DNA from: Octopus sinensis
Taxonomy: Eukaryota
Direction: 5' to 3'
Length of the DNA stretch: 64,000 bases
Assembly: GCF_006345805.1 (NCBI RefSeq)
Contig: NC_042998.1
Location: forward strand, 126,232,001 to 126,296,000
Under the pieces are notes generated by a model. The model did no database searches. It saw nothing but the letters and a program-made list of their open reading frames with translations, and was not told where the DNA came from. This document shows positions 50,652 to 63,655 of the stretch, piece after piece (within the stretch, counting starts at the first letter, position 1; each line of letters begins with the position of its first letter). The translations under genes and the position numbers were made by a program.

Positions 50652-53016
50652 TCATCTCTTACACAATGTAACATAAATTTGTGGACAGATATAATCAAAT
50701 GAATTGATCCAAGTATAAAGGTGGAACTAATTTAATAGTCTTGCAAGAACAAAAATCAGATTGGATCTTATAAGGATTTGAACTCAAGATATAAAAACAT
50801 GAAACTAATACTGTACATTATTTAATTTAGCAAATGTCCATTTTTGTTGACATACCACCCTTAAAAATATTATTTTCTAATACTACATATTTTTTTTGGG
50901 GGGGGGGGTATATAGTTGATTAGACTGATGCCAATATTTAAATGGTACTTTATTTTAATCAATCATTGAGGGTTGAAATGAAAAATTATATTTGAACACA
51001 GACCATAAACAGGATATAACTAAATACAGCAAATCATTTTATCTGCTGCCCTACCATTTCTGCCATCTACTACCTTGATAATAAATATTTCTCACAAATT
51101 TGGGGAAGTGGGTTGGAACAGTGAAAACAAAAACAACTGCAGTCTGATTTAAATTGAGAATGTAGAAGGACAAAGCAAAATGCTGTTAGATATTTAATCT
51201 AGTATTTTACCATTTCTATTATAACATTAACTTTAATAATAATGATGTCTACCATAAAGACAAGGGCAGACAGGAAAAGGCTGTAGCTGATAATTTTGAC
51301 ACTAATACTTGAGTAGTGCTATTTTATTAACCCTAAAAGGTGAAAGGCAAAGTTGACTACAACAGAATTTGATCCCAGAATAATAAAGATTAAAATAAAA
51401 CCAGTAATTACTAGTATTTAACAGTAATATCAATTGAGATACTATAAGATAAAATGCTCATAAGGTTATCTTAAGTTTCCTTCATCTCACTGAAGTCAGT
51501 ATTAGACTTCAGTAGGGTGAAGTCTTAGGGAAGAGTAGAAATTTGTGCAGGTTTTATAATGCTACTCAGGACAAATGCATTACCATACTTGAGAGTTATG
51601 AGCTTGAAACTATCTAACATATCATCTTGGGTTGTGATAATATTTATGATTAGATCATATTATAAACACAGATTATCATTTAAGATGTATAAGTAACATT
51701 AAGTTTGGTTAATAGTTGGCTTGATATATATATATATATATATATGTGCATAAGTCCCGTAACACACCATATCATAAGTAAATATCTTGGAGACCTTGTT
51801 TTTATGTTGTGTATCAAGAGTAAGTTAGTTATCAGTTATACAGTATTCCTGATGTATACAGGACTTAATAGTTCTGCTTGTGGAATAAATTTATAATTTG
51901 GTGGATTATACCAAGTGAGAGGTCAGGATCTTGTCACAAACAGAGAAAAGTATCAGTCATGAGATATGAACCAATGACTCATTAGTTGGCAGTTCAACAC
52001 TCAGTTAATACAGACAGTGGTCAGATTAACAAATAAACCTGGGAGCTATTTATCCAGATCTGAAGCTTCATGATTTTTTTTTTATTTCCATACTACTCAC
52101 ATTGAAAAAAATTTTTTACTTTCCTTATTAAAGAATGATGGCAGAACAATGTAAAGTACACCAGACACCAAGTTAATGATTCACTTCACGTCCTGTCCTC
52201 AGTACTGCTTTATATCAATGGTCAAAGTACTTAGCTCTAAGAAGATATTACTAGGTGGTAGTAATTCATCATAATCAAGTATTAATTTCAGCAAGAAAAG
52301 TACTTGTGATAACATTCTATCTAGAGGTTGATTTCTCTCTCATTTGCTTAATGTTAGAGAAACCGAAGTTGAACTACAGACCCAAGAGATCCTTGTGATT
52401 TGGAAAGGATAAGGTTTCATAAGTGAGACGTCCTAATAAGCCAAAGAAACTATCCACTTAATGACAGATACTTGTGAGAGATCAGTTTCAATGAAATTGA
52501 TGGTTTCATACCAAATAGTATATACAGTATATAATTATAACCTGAGTTTAGATCTATTTGCAAAGTTAGCCTAGATGTTTGATGGGATCTGATAAGAGGT
52601 TAAATATTCTCAGGTTCTTATTACTGGTACTTATTAGTGATAACCAGGTGAATCGAGACAATCATCCTCAACAACATGTCTGGTTTTCCATATTAGTGTG
52701 GGTTGGATGGTTTTTCTGAGGCAGTGTTTTATGGACAGATACCTTTCCTGTCACTAACTCTTTTAGTTACCTCTTACAAAACATAGGGTGACTATGTACC
52801 TATTCTAAAACCATGATATACATGGTAAGTAAATATGCAGAATAAAAATGTTCTGTCTATAAACAAAACAAAACATTATTAACATGTTTAAATCTTTGGC
52901 CTATGATTAGGTAGCTCAATATATTATACACTGGGTCATCTTTTGGAGGTTGAATTAGTTGCAGTATCAAAGAATGAAGTCTATTGAAGAAGAGGAAAAT
53001 GTAAACTAAATCTTAC

Positions 53017-53155
53017 TTGTTTGTTTTCCGCTGATGAGATAAAGCTAGATTTTTGTCATTGATAGTTTCTAAGAGAGCAACGGCTAAGCCCCGAAGATCT
53101 GCCATTGCCTGGACACTTGGAACTGTATATTTCTTATCTTCAATCAAATGGTGGA
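53017..53155 (-). CDS. CCDC149: CCDC149 exon
   Basis: acatag acceptor, gtaag donor. (V)HHLIEDKKYTVPSVQAMADLRGLAVALLETINDKNLALSHQRKTN(K) resembles CCDC149 [28 protein letters not shown]. Confidence 0.93.
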
Positions 53156-53827
53156 CTATGTAGAAAGACAAATTCATGGTCAAATTTCTTTTTACATGAA
53201 ATTAGCAATTTCTTAGACATGGCATGAAATATCACATTTATTAGAAAGTAATAAAAACACGGCACAAAATTTGAGTTGTGAAAAAACACTGATTTTTGGT
53301 GTATATTGTGTGTGGGAGATGTGCCCAAATATAGGCAAGAAAGAGAAAGTTAAACAGATTAAACCATGTTAAATATTATGGATATTAATTTGGTATTAAA
53401 AAAATAAAATAAAATAAACTGAAAGGACTTGAATCCAGGTTCTTGATAGGCAATTGCATTTCCAATTATGCTACAGTGTACTTGTGTAGTTTCTCACTCT
53501 CTAAAATTAAAACTGTTATCTAATTGTACTATTCAGTCTATTCTCACTTGCTTCTGAGATATTTTGTTAGACACTTGATACAAACAGTATAGCCTAATTC
53601 TAGTAATGTTTAACAGTGCTAAATGACTGACAAATTATGTGAAAACACACACACACAATGGATAAACATTTCTAGCATGCAAAAATAGCAATTTAAAAGA
53701 TGAATAGAAGAAATTTAACTATCTTATTTTGAAGATATAAGAGAGTTTTCATCAAATTTGAAATGCAAAAAAGTATTAACTCATTAAAATAATGAGGTAA
53801 CAAGAAAGATTTTATTTTCATACCAAC

Positions 53828-53912
53828 CTTGCTTCTGGCTAATGACCAAGCTGTCATTTCGATTTTGACCAAACTTTAAACCTCCTTTACTTTTCTTTCT
53901 TTCTAGAATATT
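53828..53912 (-). CDS. CCDC149: CCDC149 exon
   Basis: tttcag acceptor, gttggt donor. NILERKKSKGGLKFGQNRNDSLVISQKQ, 28 codons + 1 nt. Confidence 0.88.
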
Positions 53913-54130
53913 CTGAAAATATATATTAAAAAAAAACACCATGTAGATTAATTAGTGTCAGTTAAATATTGTACCACATTAACAGATATGTACAGTCAGA
54001 GAATACAAAAGACTTTGCAGTAATATATTTTAAAGAGGCAACAATGTGGACATCATGATAACATCAGAGCTGAAAATGGTAGAAAATAAATGGATAAAAT
54101 AAAAAGATAAATAAACAGATGAATTAATAC

Positions 54131-54203
54131 CTTATACTTGGAAGCGGTTGCCATTGCCATTGTTTTTTCCTCCTCCATTTGTTTGAGTCTTTCTTGTAAA
54201 TAC
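54131..54203 (-). CDS. CCDC149: CCDC149 exon
   Basis: ttgtag acceptor, gtatta donor. YLQERLKQMEEEKTMAMATASKYK. Confidence 0.93.
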
Positions 54204-54616
54204 CTACAACATACAACAGATAAATGAAATTCCATGTCATTAGAACTCCCTGTAAGCACTTCTAATGCAATTATTCAACTATATAATTTAGATATGTGTA
54301 AAGAGCTAGTAGAGTAAAAATCAATGTAAGCACTTATATTAAATCAAAATTATTTTTCAGAGTATTAACTTTATCCTTAGAATGTATATTTGTAATTATT
54401 ACACCTTCACAACATTTTGATTATCAGATATCTTATCCCTGGATGTTTACATTATCCAAGGTAGGATTTGAACTAGAGCTGAACTGGATTAAAATTCATC
54501 CTTGAATTGCAAATGCTTCCAGGAATAAATAATTCATTAGAGATGAAAATTGATTGAAGTATAGTAAAGATTTAACAACTGCAAATATATGTGCTGAGGA
54601 TAAGGTTAAGAATCAT

Positions 54617-54780
54617 CATTAACGTTTAACGTCCGCTTTCCATGGGTTGGACGGTTTGACTGAGGACTGGCAAGCCAGAAGGCTGCAGCAGGTTCCAATC
54701 TGATCTGGCAAGGTTTCTAAAGCTGGATGCCCTTCCTAATGCCAATCACTCCGAGAGGGTAGTGGATGCTTTTTACATAG
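54617..54780 (-). mobile_element. Young truncated copy of the shared retroposon tail
   Basis: cgtttaacgtccgctttccatgggttggacggtttgac...ggatgcccttcctaatgccaatcactccgagag; CpGs retained. Confidence 0.75.
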
Positions 54781-54859
54781 GTAGGTAGGAAGGTGGATAT
54801 ATTGCATATGTATAGTATTTAATATTGTCTATCTAAAAGTATTATACATGGGGCCAGTA

Positions 54860-55850
54860 CAAGCTATGTACAAAGATGTAGTATGTAAAGTGACAATTTC
54901 AGTGACAATTTCAGCATGAAAGTAGGAGTTCATCAAGGCTCAGTCCTTGGTTTTTTATTCATCATAATCCTACACAATAAATTTTAAAGCTGGCTATCTA
55001 TGAGAATTCCTATATGCTGATAATTTAGTTCTCATAGCTGAATCTATAAAGGAATTAGAGTGGTAATTCCAGACATAGAAGCTAAACCTACAATTGAGAG
55101 GCCTCAAGGTAAACTTAGTAAAGACAAAGATTTTAGTATGAAAGAAAGATAGGATTCAGGTACTTTCAAAGACATGGCCTTGCTTGATTAAAAAAAAAAG
55201 AGGAGTAGGTATTAACTCCATAAACTGTACTCAATGTAAGCTATGGACATATAAGAATTGTAATGGAATTGTAGGCAGACTAACAGAGAAAGTAAGCTTC
55301 ATATGAGACAAATGCACTGGAGCAATGTATACTATGAACACACTAGAACTAGATTCTCTTACATACCTAGATGGCTCACCAAAAGTAGTTGATAGCATTT
55401 GTTACTAGATTTAATTAGATCTGGCTGTCATTTCTAATGAGTTAAGCAAATGCAAAGAGGCTCACTTGATGCAAACAATTAGTTTGTACCACAATCAGTT
55501 TGAGTTAATAAGAAAAGTTATATTTTTGTGAGTCAATTACAAAGAGAAGATCTAGACTAAGAACAAACCTCTCAATTTTGCAGTTTTTGATTTGGAGAAA
55601 ATCTTTAATGTAGTCTTGTGTGTATTAAAGAAACTAATACAGATGAACAACTTGTGAGAGCCATGTATGTCAGGTAACAATCAGCAGTGAATTCAATGAC
55701 AAATTAAGTATACAGAGAGGTGTTCACCAGGGTCCTATCCTCAGTTTTACTTCTATGTATTACAGTTCTGAAGTATACAATACAAGAGTTCATGACTAGT
55801 TATCCTTAGGGTCTTTTATATACTCATGATAGGTCCATAGCAGAACCTAT
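54860..55850 (+). mobile_element. Two tandem decayed RTE reverse-transcriptase fragments
   Basis: Fragment 1: VQAMYKD...KVGVHQGSVL...LYADNLVLIAES...GLKVNLVKTKILV...CTQCKLWTYKNC. Fragment 2 (~55510-55850): KNKPLNFAVFDLEKIF...RGVHQGPILS. Confidence 0.75.
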
Positions 55851-56228
55851 TTAAAACATAGAAGCATGATTTTGAGTACAAAGACCTAAAAATTACAACG
55901 GTAAATATTAAACAGTTAGGTAGTAATAGAAACTTAGTAACAGACTTTCCAAGTTATAGTTTCATGTTATAATTTGGAAAGTCTTGGTGAAGTATAGAGG
56001 TAGGAAGTTGGTAGAAATTTGAGTACACAGTGCAAGTAATGAGCACACAAAATATGCAGTGGGATCTCTGGTAAAGTGACTGAAAACCAGGATTTCAAAA
56101 GTACTGTTCCTTCTAAGTTGTGCTTGAGATCATGCATACATATCTTGCAATCATTACATAAAAGATTAGTTACTTGAAATAGTGAAGAAATTCATAATTA
56201 TATTTATTATATATGTATTAAATATTAG

Positions 56229-56370
56229 ATGCAGGTGTGGCTTCCAGCCACATGGTTCCTGGTTCACTTTCTCTGAGTAGTACCTTGGGTAAGTGTCTTC
56301 TACTATAACCTCAGGTTGACCAAAGTCTTGTGAGTAGATTTGGTAGACAGAAACTGAAAGAAGTTAGTTG

Positions 56371-56434
<64 letters not shown>

Positions 56435-56750
56435 GCGCGTGTGTGTGTGCGTGCGTGTGTGTATTCATGCATGTATGTATGTATATATGAATGTATGTAT
56501 GCATGTGTGAGTGCATGTATGTTACTGACTCCTTGTCTTGACATTGCATGATAGTTGCAAACAAGTGCTGTCATACCAGTGTGTCATTCATTTCCAATAT
56601 CCAGTAAAAACATGTCTGATTACAGGGAAATATCATCTTACTCAGAAACAGGTGAAGGTTGGCAACAGGAAGGGCATCCAACCAGAGAATATTCACCTCA
56701 ATAAATTCCGTTTGACCCATGCAAATATGTACGTTAAAACAATGGTGATT
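56229..56750 (+). mobile_element. Family A SINE with an expanded internal (GT)n and RTE-like tail
   Basis: Core ccttgggtaagtgtcttctactataacc; gtgagtagatttggtagacagaaactgaaagaag; tail ggaagggcatccaacc...acccatgcaaatatg. Confidence 0.8.
56373..56462. repeat. (GT)n compound microsatellite inside a SINE
   Basis: Pure GT run to ~56429, then mixed GC/GT. Confidence 0.95.
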
Positions 56751-59143
56751 ATATATGTATTTAGTGTACTCTTACTTTTGCTTTAAAAAAAAGAAAAAAA
56801 CCCTGCAGAATATAGAATTTGTTTTGCACAATGGCTTCTGAAAACTAATGGGAACATTGTTCACATATAACAGGATTAATTAGAATAGTATGAAGTAGAG
56901 GCACCTATAGAATAGAGTCCAAGCACTATGCATATGACTTTTTAGGTGCAAATTCCTTTCTATTTATGCTGCTTGCTCAATCAGTTAAGGTTGTGAAGCC
57001 GGTGCTATATCCAACCACTGATACACCAATGTAATCAGTAATTACTAAATGTGCAAAGGAAAAGCACAATTTTAATGTGTTGTTTGTTAGCCTATTTTGT
57101 AGGTAACCATACATAGCCTATCCTATATAAATGTTTTTAGTTATGATTCTGAATTTCATGCCACAATAATCTCTAAAGAAATTTGAAATTTAAAATTAGA
57201 CTTGAAGTAATGAATAAAAATTAGCAATGAATTTGATTGCATGCATGAGTGAGAGAGAAAGCGAGGGGAAGGAGGGAATGTGTGTGTGGGAGGGGGAGGG
57301 GGCTATGTGTGCGTGTGCAGCCAGGCATTATCTTCAGATTTCCATTTATAAGTGGCTGCGTCTACCACATTTGGCCTTATACACAAACGTTTGTAGATGA
57401 TCACTTTAAATGTTTTGGTACTAGTTAGTATATATTTTATACAATTTTATACATACAGATTATATGAAACTAATTATTATTCATTTTGCTGTTTAAGTAT
57501 TTGTTTATCAATAAATTATCATAACTGATCATTCAGAATATATACAAGATGTTAAGAAGAGAGTTCATGAACAGATGTTTTCTTTCTTAATGCTATTTAC
57601 TAGTATGATTATCAATAAATCAACAGCTTTCCATATTTCATTTACGACAGCTAGATTTGATGGAGCTACTATATTATTAGTATTCATTTTGTGATTTATT
57701 TATGAATTACTTTAACTAATCAATCAGATTACATGCAAAATAGTTAGAAGAGAGACCACAAGAGCTTTTAAGTGATATGAACAATCACCAGAGTCCATGT
57801 CAGAATATAGTCTCTTGATAATTCACCCAATGCCTCAGCAACAGTTTCATTTTAAGACTACCTCCTTAAGATTCTTTCTACCTGCTTCATCTCTTTCTCC
57901 CTCTTTCAGTATAGATATATCCCTTTTTTTTCTCATAACACTCTCCTCATAACACTCTCTTTCTCTCCCTGTCTCTCTCACATGTCCCATTTTCCCACTT
58001 GCTGAGGTCTATTTGTGAAACAATACCTGTTCATTGTAGCATCCTATTTGCCAAACACGTCTAGTTAGCAGTATATCTCTATTGCTATTTTGCTCTTCTT
58101 ATATCTCACTGTCTCCTTCACTCCATATTTCTATCTCTTTACCAGTTTCTACACTGTTTGCATGCACTGTGAACAACTTTGGCAGTATCTAACTCTGAAT
58201 GAAAGTCTCCACAGATGAGGACCACACATCATCTAGAAAAGCAATAGCTAAATGAAAATGGACAGGGAGTAGAGAGACACTTTAGTCCTGATAGACAACT
58301 TCTTTAGTACTTGTAGCATAATAAAATGTCGAGTGATTGCTAACAAGAAGAGCATTCAGCCAATAAAGCCACATCAAAATTATGACAGTCACAAATATAA
58401 TGAAAAGCACTGATTGTCCAACATAGGACTAAGCTACCATGTCAGTGATGTGCATAGAAGAGGCCAGATGGAGCCATTAGACTTGTGCGAGAATCCCACA
58501 GCCATTAAACAATCACATGAACTCCTTCACTGATGCAGAAAATAGACACTCAGCTACAACCCATGCCATCATGAGAAATTCTCCTTTTCCTGTCAGGTAC
58601 AAAACATCAGGGCTGCCACCATTAACACTGATGTAAAGATGTTGGATCAAAGGAAAATTATATGCAATGATTAACTTTCACTTCAAAACACAAAAGAGCC
58701 AACTCTATTTCCATTATGTGGGTGGGAAGAATCATTAGTCAGTGGCATGATTGACATTCTAACTTTCCAAAGAAAATCTTTATCCAGCATGTACCAAAAA
58801 ATTAACAACTGGTTCTTATTTTAGAAAAGGTGCTAACAACCAGCCCCTTATAAAAAAAAAAACAATGAAAAAAGGTCCAGCTCACCAGTGTGTATACAAA
58901 TACTCATCAACATAAATTTAATATTTAATTTCCAGGCTTGGGTCTGCAGTATAACCCAAGAAACCCTACATCTTGATTCTACATCATCTTATCTGTGAAA
59001 TCTAATGTGTGCATGCATTTTTTCAGGTGAGATGACAAAGGGCTGAAATACCTAGTTGATGCCAGGCTGTACTCAAGAAGACCCGTACTCTACAGCAGAA
59101 GTGTTAAGACCAACCCTTCTGATAGTGTAAAGCACTCATGACA

Positions 59144-59580
59144 GTGCCAAGTAAAAGCACCTGTGTGGTGCTACGGTAAAGCACACATGTGGCAACATGT
59201 AAAAGCGCCTGTGTGGTGTTACATAAAAGTGTGTGTTATGTGGCATGTAAAAGCACCTGTGTAGAGTCACGTAAAAGTGCTTGTGCAGTGTCATGTAAAA
59301 GTGCCCACACAGTGCTACATAAAAGCACCCATGTGGTGCCATGTAAAAGTGTGTGTGGTGTCATAAAAAAAGTGCCCGTGTAATGCCACATACAAGCGCC
59401 CATATGGAACCATGTAAAAGCACCTGTGCAGTGTCTTGCAAAAGCATCCAGCAAGATCTGTAAAGTGGTTGGCATTAGGAAGAGCATCTAGTCATAGAAA
59501 CCATGCCAAATCAAACTAGAGACTGGTGCAGCCCCCCCAGCTTGCCAGCATGGACAACAGACGTTCAATAATGATGATGA
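59144..59580 (+). repeat. 13 x ~24-bp tandem array (consensus GTGCCACGTAAAAGCACCTGTGTG) followed by the shared retroposon tail
   Basis: Units at 59144, 59168, 59192, 59216, 59240, 59264, 59288, 59312, 59336, 59358, 59383, 59407, 59431; then gtaaagtggttggcattagg...ccagcatggacaacagacgttcaataatgatgatga. Confidence 0.88.
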
Positions 59581-59689
59581 ATTGATATAATTATATACAT
59601 ATATATCCAAATTTGATAATATAATAAATAAATAAATAAAAAAAAACAATGCATTCCAAGAACCAATAAACTGTTTTAGAGGAACATAC

Positions 59690-59862
59690 CGATTCTCCAT
59701 GACCATGGCATCGATATCAAGAATTCGTCTCTCATCTCCTTTCAGTATATAGTTCAGCTCCTGGTTTAAGCGTTCATACTTCGTTTTGTAAGCATCTCTT
59801 TCAGTCTCTTGTTCTTCTTTCTCATCCAGTACATGTTGCAGGTCTCGCTCCAGCTGTAGATA
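59690..59862 (-). CDS. CCDC149: CCDC149 exon
   Basis: attag acceptor, gtatg donor. YLQLERDLQHVLDEKEEQETERDAYKTKYERLNQELNYILKGDERRILDIDAMVMEN(R) resembles CCDC149 ERLNQELNHIL...IIDVDALCMENR. Confidence 0.94.
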
Positions 59863-60904
59863 CTAATTAAACAATTTAAAAATTAAAGAATCATATAAAG
59901 TAAAGTGATACAATAGAAAGAAAGAAATTGAAGATAAATCGACTATAACTGATTGATTCTTTCTGAATTACAGGAGTTATTTAAGCTGGTTCTGAATAAC
60001 TGATTCTGTACCATTTAGTGGATGTGAGAGAGAACAACCTCCTTGGTAACAGAATGATAGTCTGTGATAGGTAGTTCTTCTTGTAAATTGAACTCAGCAT
60101 TGCAAGCCAACAACACATTTATTAATCCCTCTGTGCTGTTATTACTTCCTTATGACTACTTAGATATTATTACTGATGACTGCTTGTATCTCTGGACAAG
60201 GAACTTTATTCTGTGTGTCATAGTTTACCTGATCAACCACACAAACATCTACACAGTCATAGACAATTAGTTGTCACAAATAGATACATTTCTACATATA
60301 TGGAGACTGAATTCATATCTTTTCCTTGACTATTTAAAAATATTTTCCATATTAATGTAGCTGATAATGAATTTGAATCATTTTATTTTGTTCAAAGAAT
60401 ACAATACAACAATTGGTAATAATGTTTAGACTCATGACAATTAGAGCAAGTGTTCAAGACTGTAACCTCATTAACCATTGTGCTTCAGACACTATTTTCA
60501 ACTGATTCAATGTAAACAGCTAGTCTTTACACAATGATTATGTGAAAGTCATTTCTGTCAAGGTTGTTTCTTCAGTCAGATGCAGCTCTTAATTGATTTT
60601 AGAAATGAACTGCTGAATTTTTAATGTAATCTACATGAGCCATAATGCTTGTAAGCTTGAAGTGATCAGAGTAAAAGGACAAATCTAAATATTGATGAAA
60701 TATTTAATCTGGTGCTTTACCAGTTCTGCTTATCTCATGCTCCTAAAAATCAATATTTTTACTATAACTACTTACAATTCCTGGCAGAGATCGAACCTGT
60801 GTAGTTTTTATGCTGTTTCTCATGTTTGTTATACACAAACAACTATTAACATCAAATGTTATTACCATCATTTTCATTCTCGGAAACAGTTCTACAAAAG
60901 ATTA

Positions 60905-61036
<132 letters not shown>

Positions 61037-61209
61037 CTATTTGAAGACAAATATCAGGTAACAATATTACTAATGGCAATTTTTTGTCACAATAAGTAAT
61101 CAATCAGGAAAAAAAGTTATACATTGCTGTTTTCAATTCTTAGTGAAGTTACAAACTGTTTAAAGCATGTATGACAGAGTGTAAATGTCTTGAGAGAAAA
61201 GTTGGGCAT

Positions 61210-61920
61210 AAAAGGCATTAGATGTGGTGTGTAAGAGAAATGACTGCATTGGTATGGTCATGTGATGCATATAGATGTGGACAGCTGTGTGAAGAAGTGC
61301 CAATCTCTACCAGGGGAAGGAAGTTGTGGAAGAGGGAGATCCAGGAAGACATAGGACGAGGTGGTGAAGTATGATCTTCAAACACTGCCTCATGGAGGCA
61401 ATGACTAGCAACCAAGACCTTTGGCGATATGCTGTGTCTGTGAAGACCTGTGAAGCCAAGTGAAATCATAATTGTGGCCGTTGTCTGTGTCATGTAACTG
61501 GCACCCATGCTGGTGGCACATAAAACAGACCTTTCGAGCATTGAGCCTCACGGAGGCAATTTGGCCAATGCTGGTGTCATGTAACTAACACTTGTGCCAG
61601 TGGCACATAAACACACCTTCTGAGGTGCTGGGTCGCATGGAGGCAATGACAACTAACTGAAACCTTTGGCAATATGCTGTGCTTGAGAAGGTAGACCTAT
61701 TAAGTCAAGTGAAATCATAGTTGGGGCAGATATTGGTGTCAAACCAGTGGTACATAAAAGCACCCATTACAATCTCGGAGTGGTAAGTGTTAGGAAGGGC
61801 ATCCAGACATAGATGCCATGTCAAATCAGACTGGAGTTTGGTGCAGCCCCATCAGCTTACCAGTTCCAGTCAAACTGTCCAATCCATGCCAGCATGGACA
61901 ATAGATGCTAAATGATGATC
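61210..61920 (+). mobile_element. Decayed 3' end of the same RTE family as 46801-47598
   Basis: LHWYGHVMHIDVDSCVKKCQSL.GEGSCGRGRSRKT*DEVVKYDL, repeated 3'UTR units, tail ccatgccagcatggacaatagatgctaaatgatgat. Confidence 0.8.
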
Positions 61921-62014
61921 ATATATATATATCAAGAAAACCCATCCTGTACTCAAGAAGACCACAGTAGAATGTTAAGGTCACTCCTCCTGGTGAAGAG
62001 GATTTGCCTGTAAG

Positions 62015-62197
62015 AGCTATGTGCTGGTGCCACATTAAAAGCAGCCCACAAACACTGAAATGTAGTTTGTGTTAGGAAGGGCATCCAGCCATTGAAACTA
62101 AGTTAAATCAGATTAAAATTTGGTGCAGCTCTCCAGTTAGCCAAACTAACAACCCATGCTAGCATGAAAAACAGACATTTGATGATGATGATGATGT
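62015..62197 (+). mobile_element. Truncated shared retroposon tail
   Basis: gtgctggtgccacattaaaagcagccc...ggaagggcatccagcc...acccatgctagcatg...(gat)n. Confidence 0.65.
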
Positions 62198-62437
62198 ATA
62201 TGTATCTATGTATGCATGTGTCACATAACTGAGATAATTGTGTCAGATAATTGAGTTAGAAGTGCATAATACGTTTAAGAAAGTTCTCTCACAACTTGAG
62301 ATTCATACGAAGTTAAACCCAACATTGATTACTTTTATGACCAATAAATTTTTTAACTTTGTTTACACTGAGATAGTGTCCCAATAATTTCCCAAAAAGT
62401 TTTTAAAAATGAATATAAAAAAAAGCTGAAAAAATAC

Positions 62438-62542
62438 CTTGATATCTCCCTGAGCATCAGAAAGTTTCTGTTTCATATCATCCACTTCAAATTGTAATGA
62501 TTTGCTATGATCCCGAGAATCAGAGAGCAACTTGTGAATATT
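62438..62542 (-). CDS. CCDC149: CCDC149 coiled-coil protein exon; more 5' exons probably lie outside the window
   Basis: Minus-strand ttctag acceptor, gtattt donor. NIHKLLSDSRDHSKSLQFEVDDMKQKLSDAQGDIK (35 codons), in frame with the next exon. Confidence 0.88.
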
Positions 62543-63282
62543 CTAGAAGTAGAAAAAAATGCTAAATTAAAATATCAATAGAGCCATAAAGAAACCTGGA
62601 AGCATTCACAACTGACGTTCATCAACTGTATACTTTCCCTTTTCCCACACATTATTTATTCATTTATTAATCTGAAATTTTAGCAGTACTCATAAATTGT
62701 AGCTGTAAGCAAAAAGGTTACAATATATAAGAATAACAGTTTATATTAAAATATGTTTATAATGCCTTAGTTTCTCAAAATTAGACTCATTTAAGTACCA
62801 AATTAGATTTAATATCATTTAAATTTGATGACTAGACAAGAACCAGTGGGGGTTTTTTGCAACATTAACCGGCTGAATTTTTTTTATTTCTTCAGGGAAG
62901 CATATTCTCAAGAGGAAGTACATGCAGCAATAATGAATATTCAAATCAAAGTAAATATGGAATTTAATAATGGCCATTCCAAATTCATTTCTTTCTTGAT
63001 AGTATGGTTGAGAAAATAGTGGTTGGCACAGCTTATTTTACAACTGAATTTAGTAAACCATTTTAGTTGAAGAATGGACAAAAATTTCTTTGAAAACAAT
63101 TCAAACTTTGTACAAGTCCATACCTCATAGAATTCACACTGTAATTACTGTCAAAGGTGGTCCTGCCCCATATTAAAATAAATTTGTTTGAAATTTTAAG
63201 GTGTTTCCATTATTTTGTCCAACCCCTCTATGTGAGTGTAACTATTTATATATGCATGCACACATACACACACACACGTCTT

Positions 63283-63655
63283 TTATCTTCCACTTGTTTC
63301 AGTCATTAGACTATGGCCATGCTGGGGCACCACCTTGAAGAATTTTTCATTGAATGAATCAATCCCAGTGTCTGATATTTATTTTATCGTTCTCTTTTGC
63401 CAAACCACTAAGTTACAGGGATGTAAACAGACCAACACCAGCTGTCAAGTGGTGGTGGGGAACAAACACAGAGACACACACACATATATACGAGAAGCTT
63501 CTTTCAGTTTCTATCTACCAGATCCACTCACAAGGCTTTGATCAGCCTGGGGCTATAGTAGAAGACACTTGCCCAAGGTGCTACACAGTAGGACTGAACT
63601 TGGAACCATGTAGTTGGGAAGTAAGCTTCTTACCACACAGTCACATCTGTGCCTA
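63283..63655 (-). mobile_element. Family A SINE with the alternative (non-RTE-tail) 3' half
   Basis: ttgtttcagtcattagactatggccatgctggggcacc...ctatagtagaagacacttgcccaaggtgc...cttaccacacagtc. Confidence 0.8.

Noticed and set aside
56311-56574. ORFs with HTHTHT/CVCVCV/YIYIYI runs (also 28246-28617, 39107-39313, 45115-45690, 35815-36018)
   Set aside because: Translations of (GT)n and (TA)n microsatellites.
59144-59453. CRISPR-like appearance of short dyad repeats (also 47170-47445 and 47805-47929)
   Set aside because: There are no unique spacers: units are contiguous and degenerate. No cas genes are present, the context is a eukaryotic intron, and the unit is part of a retroposon tail.
62876-62950. 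Plus-strand exon-like segment (ttcttcag...gtaaat; REAYSQEEVHAAIMNIQIK)
   Set aside because: No partner exons or recognisable homology, weak donor, and antisense within a CCDC149 intron.
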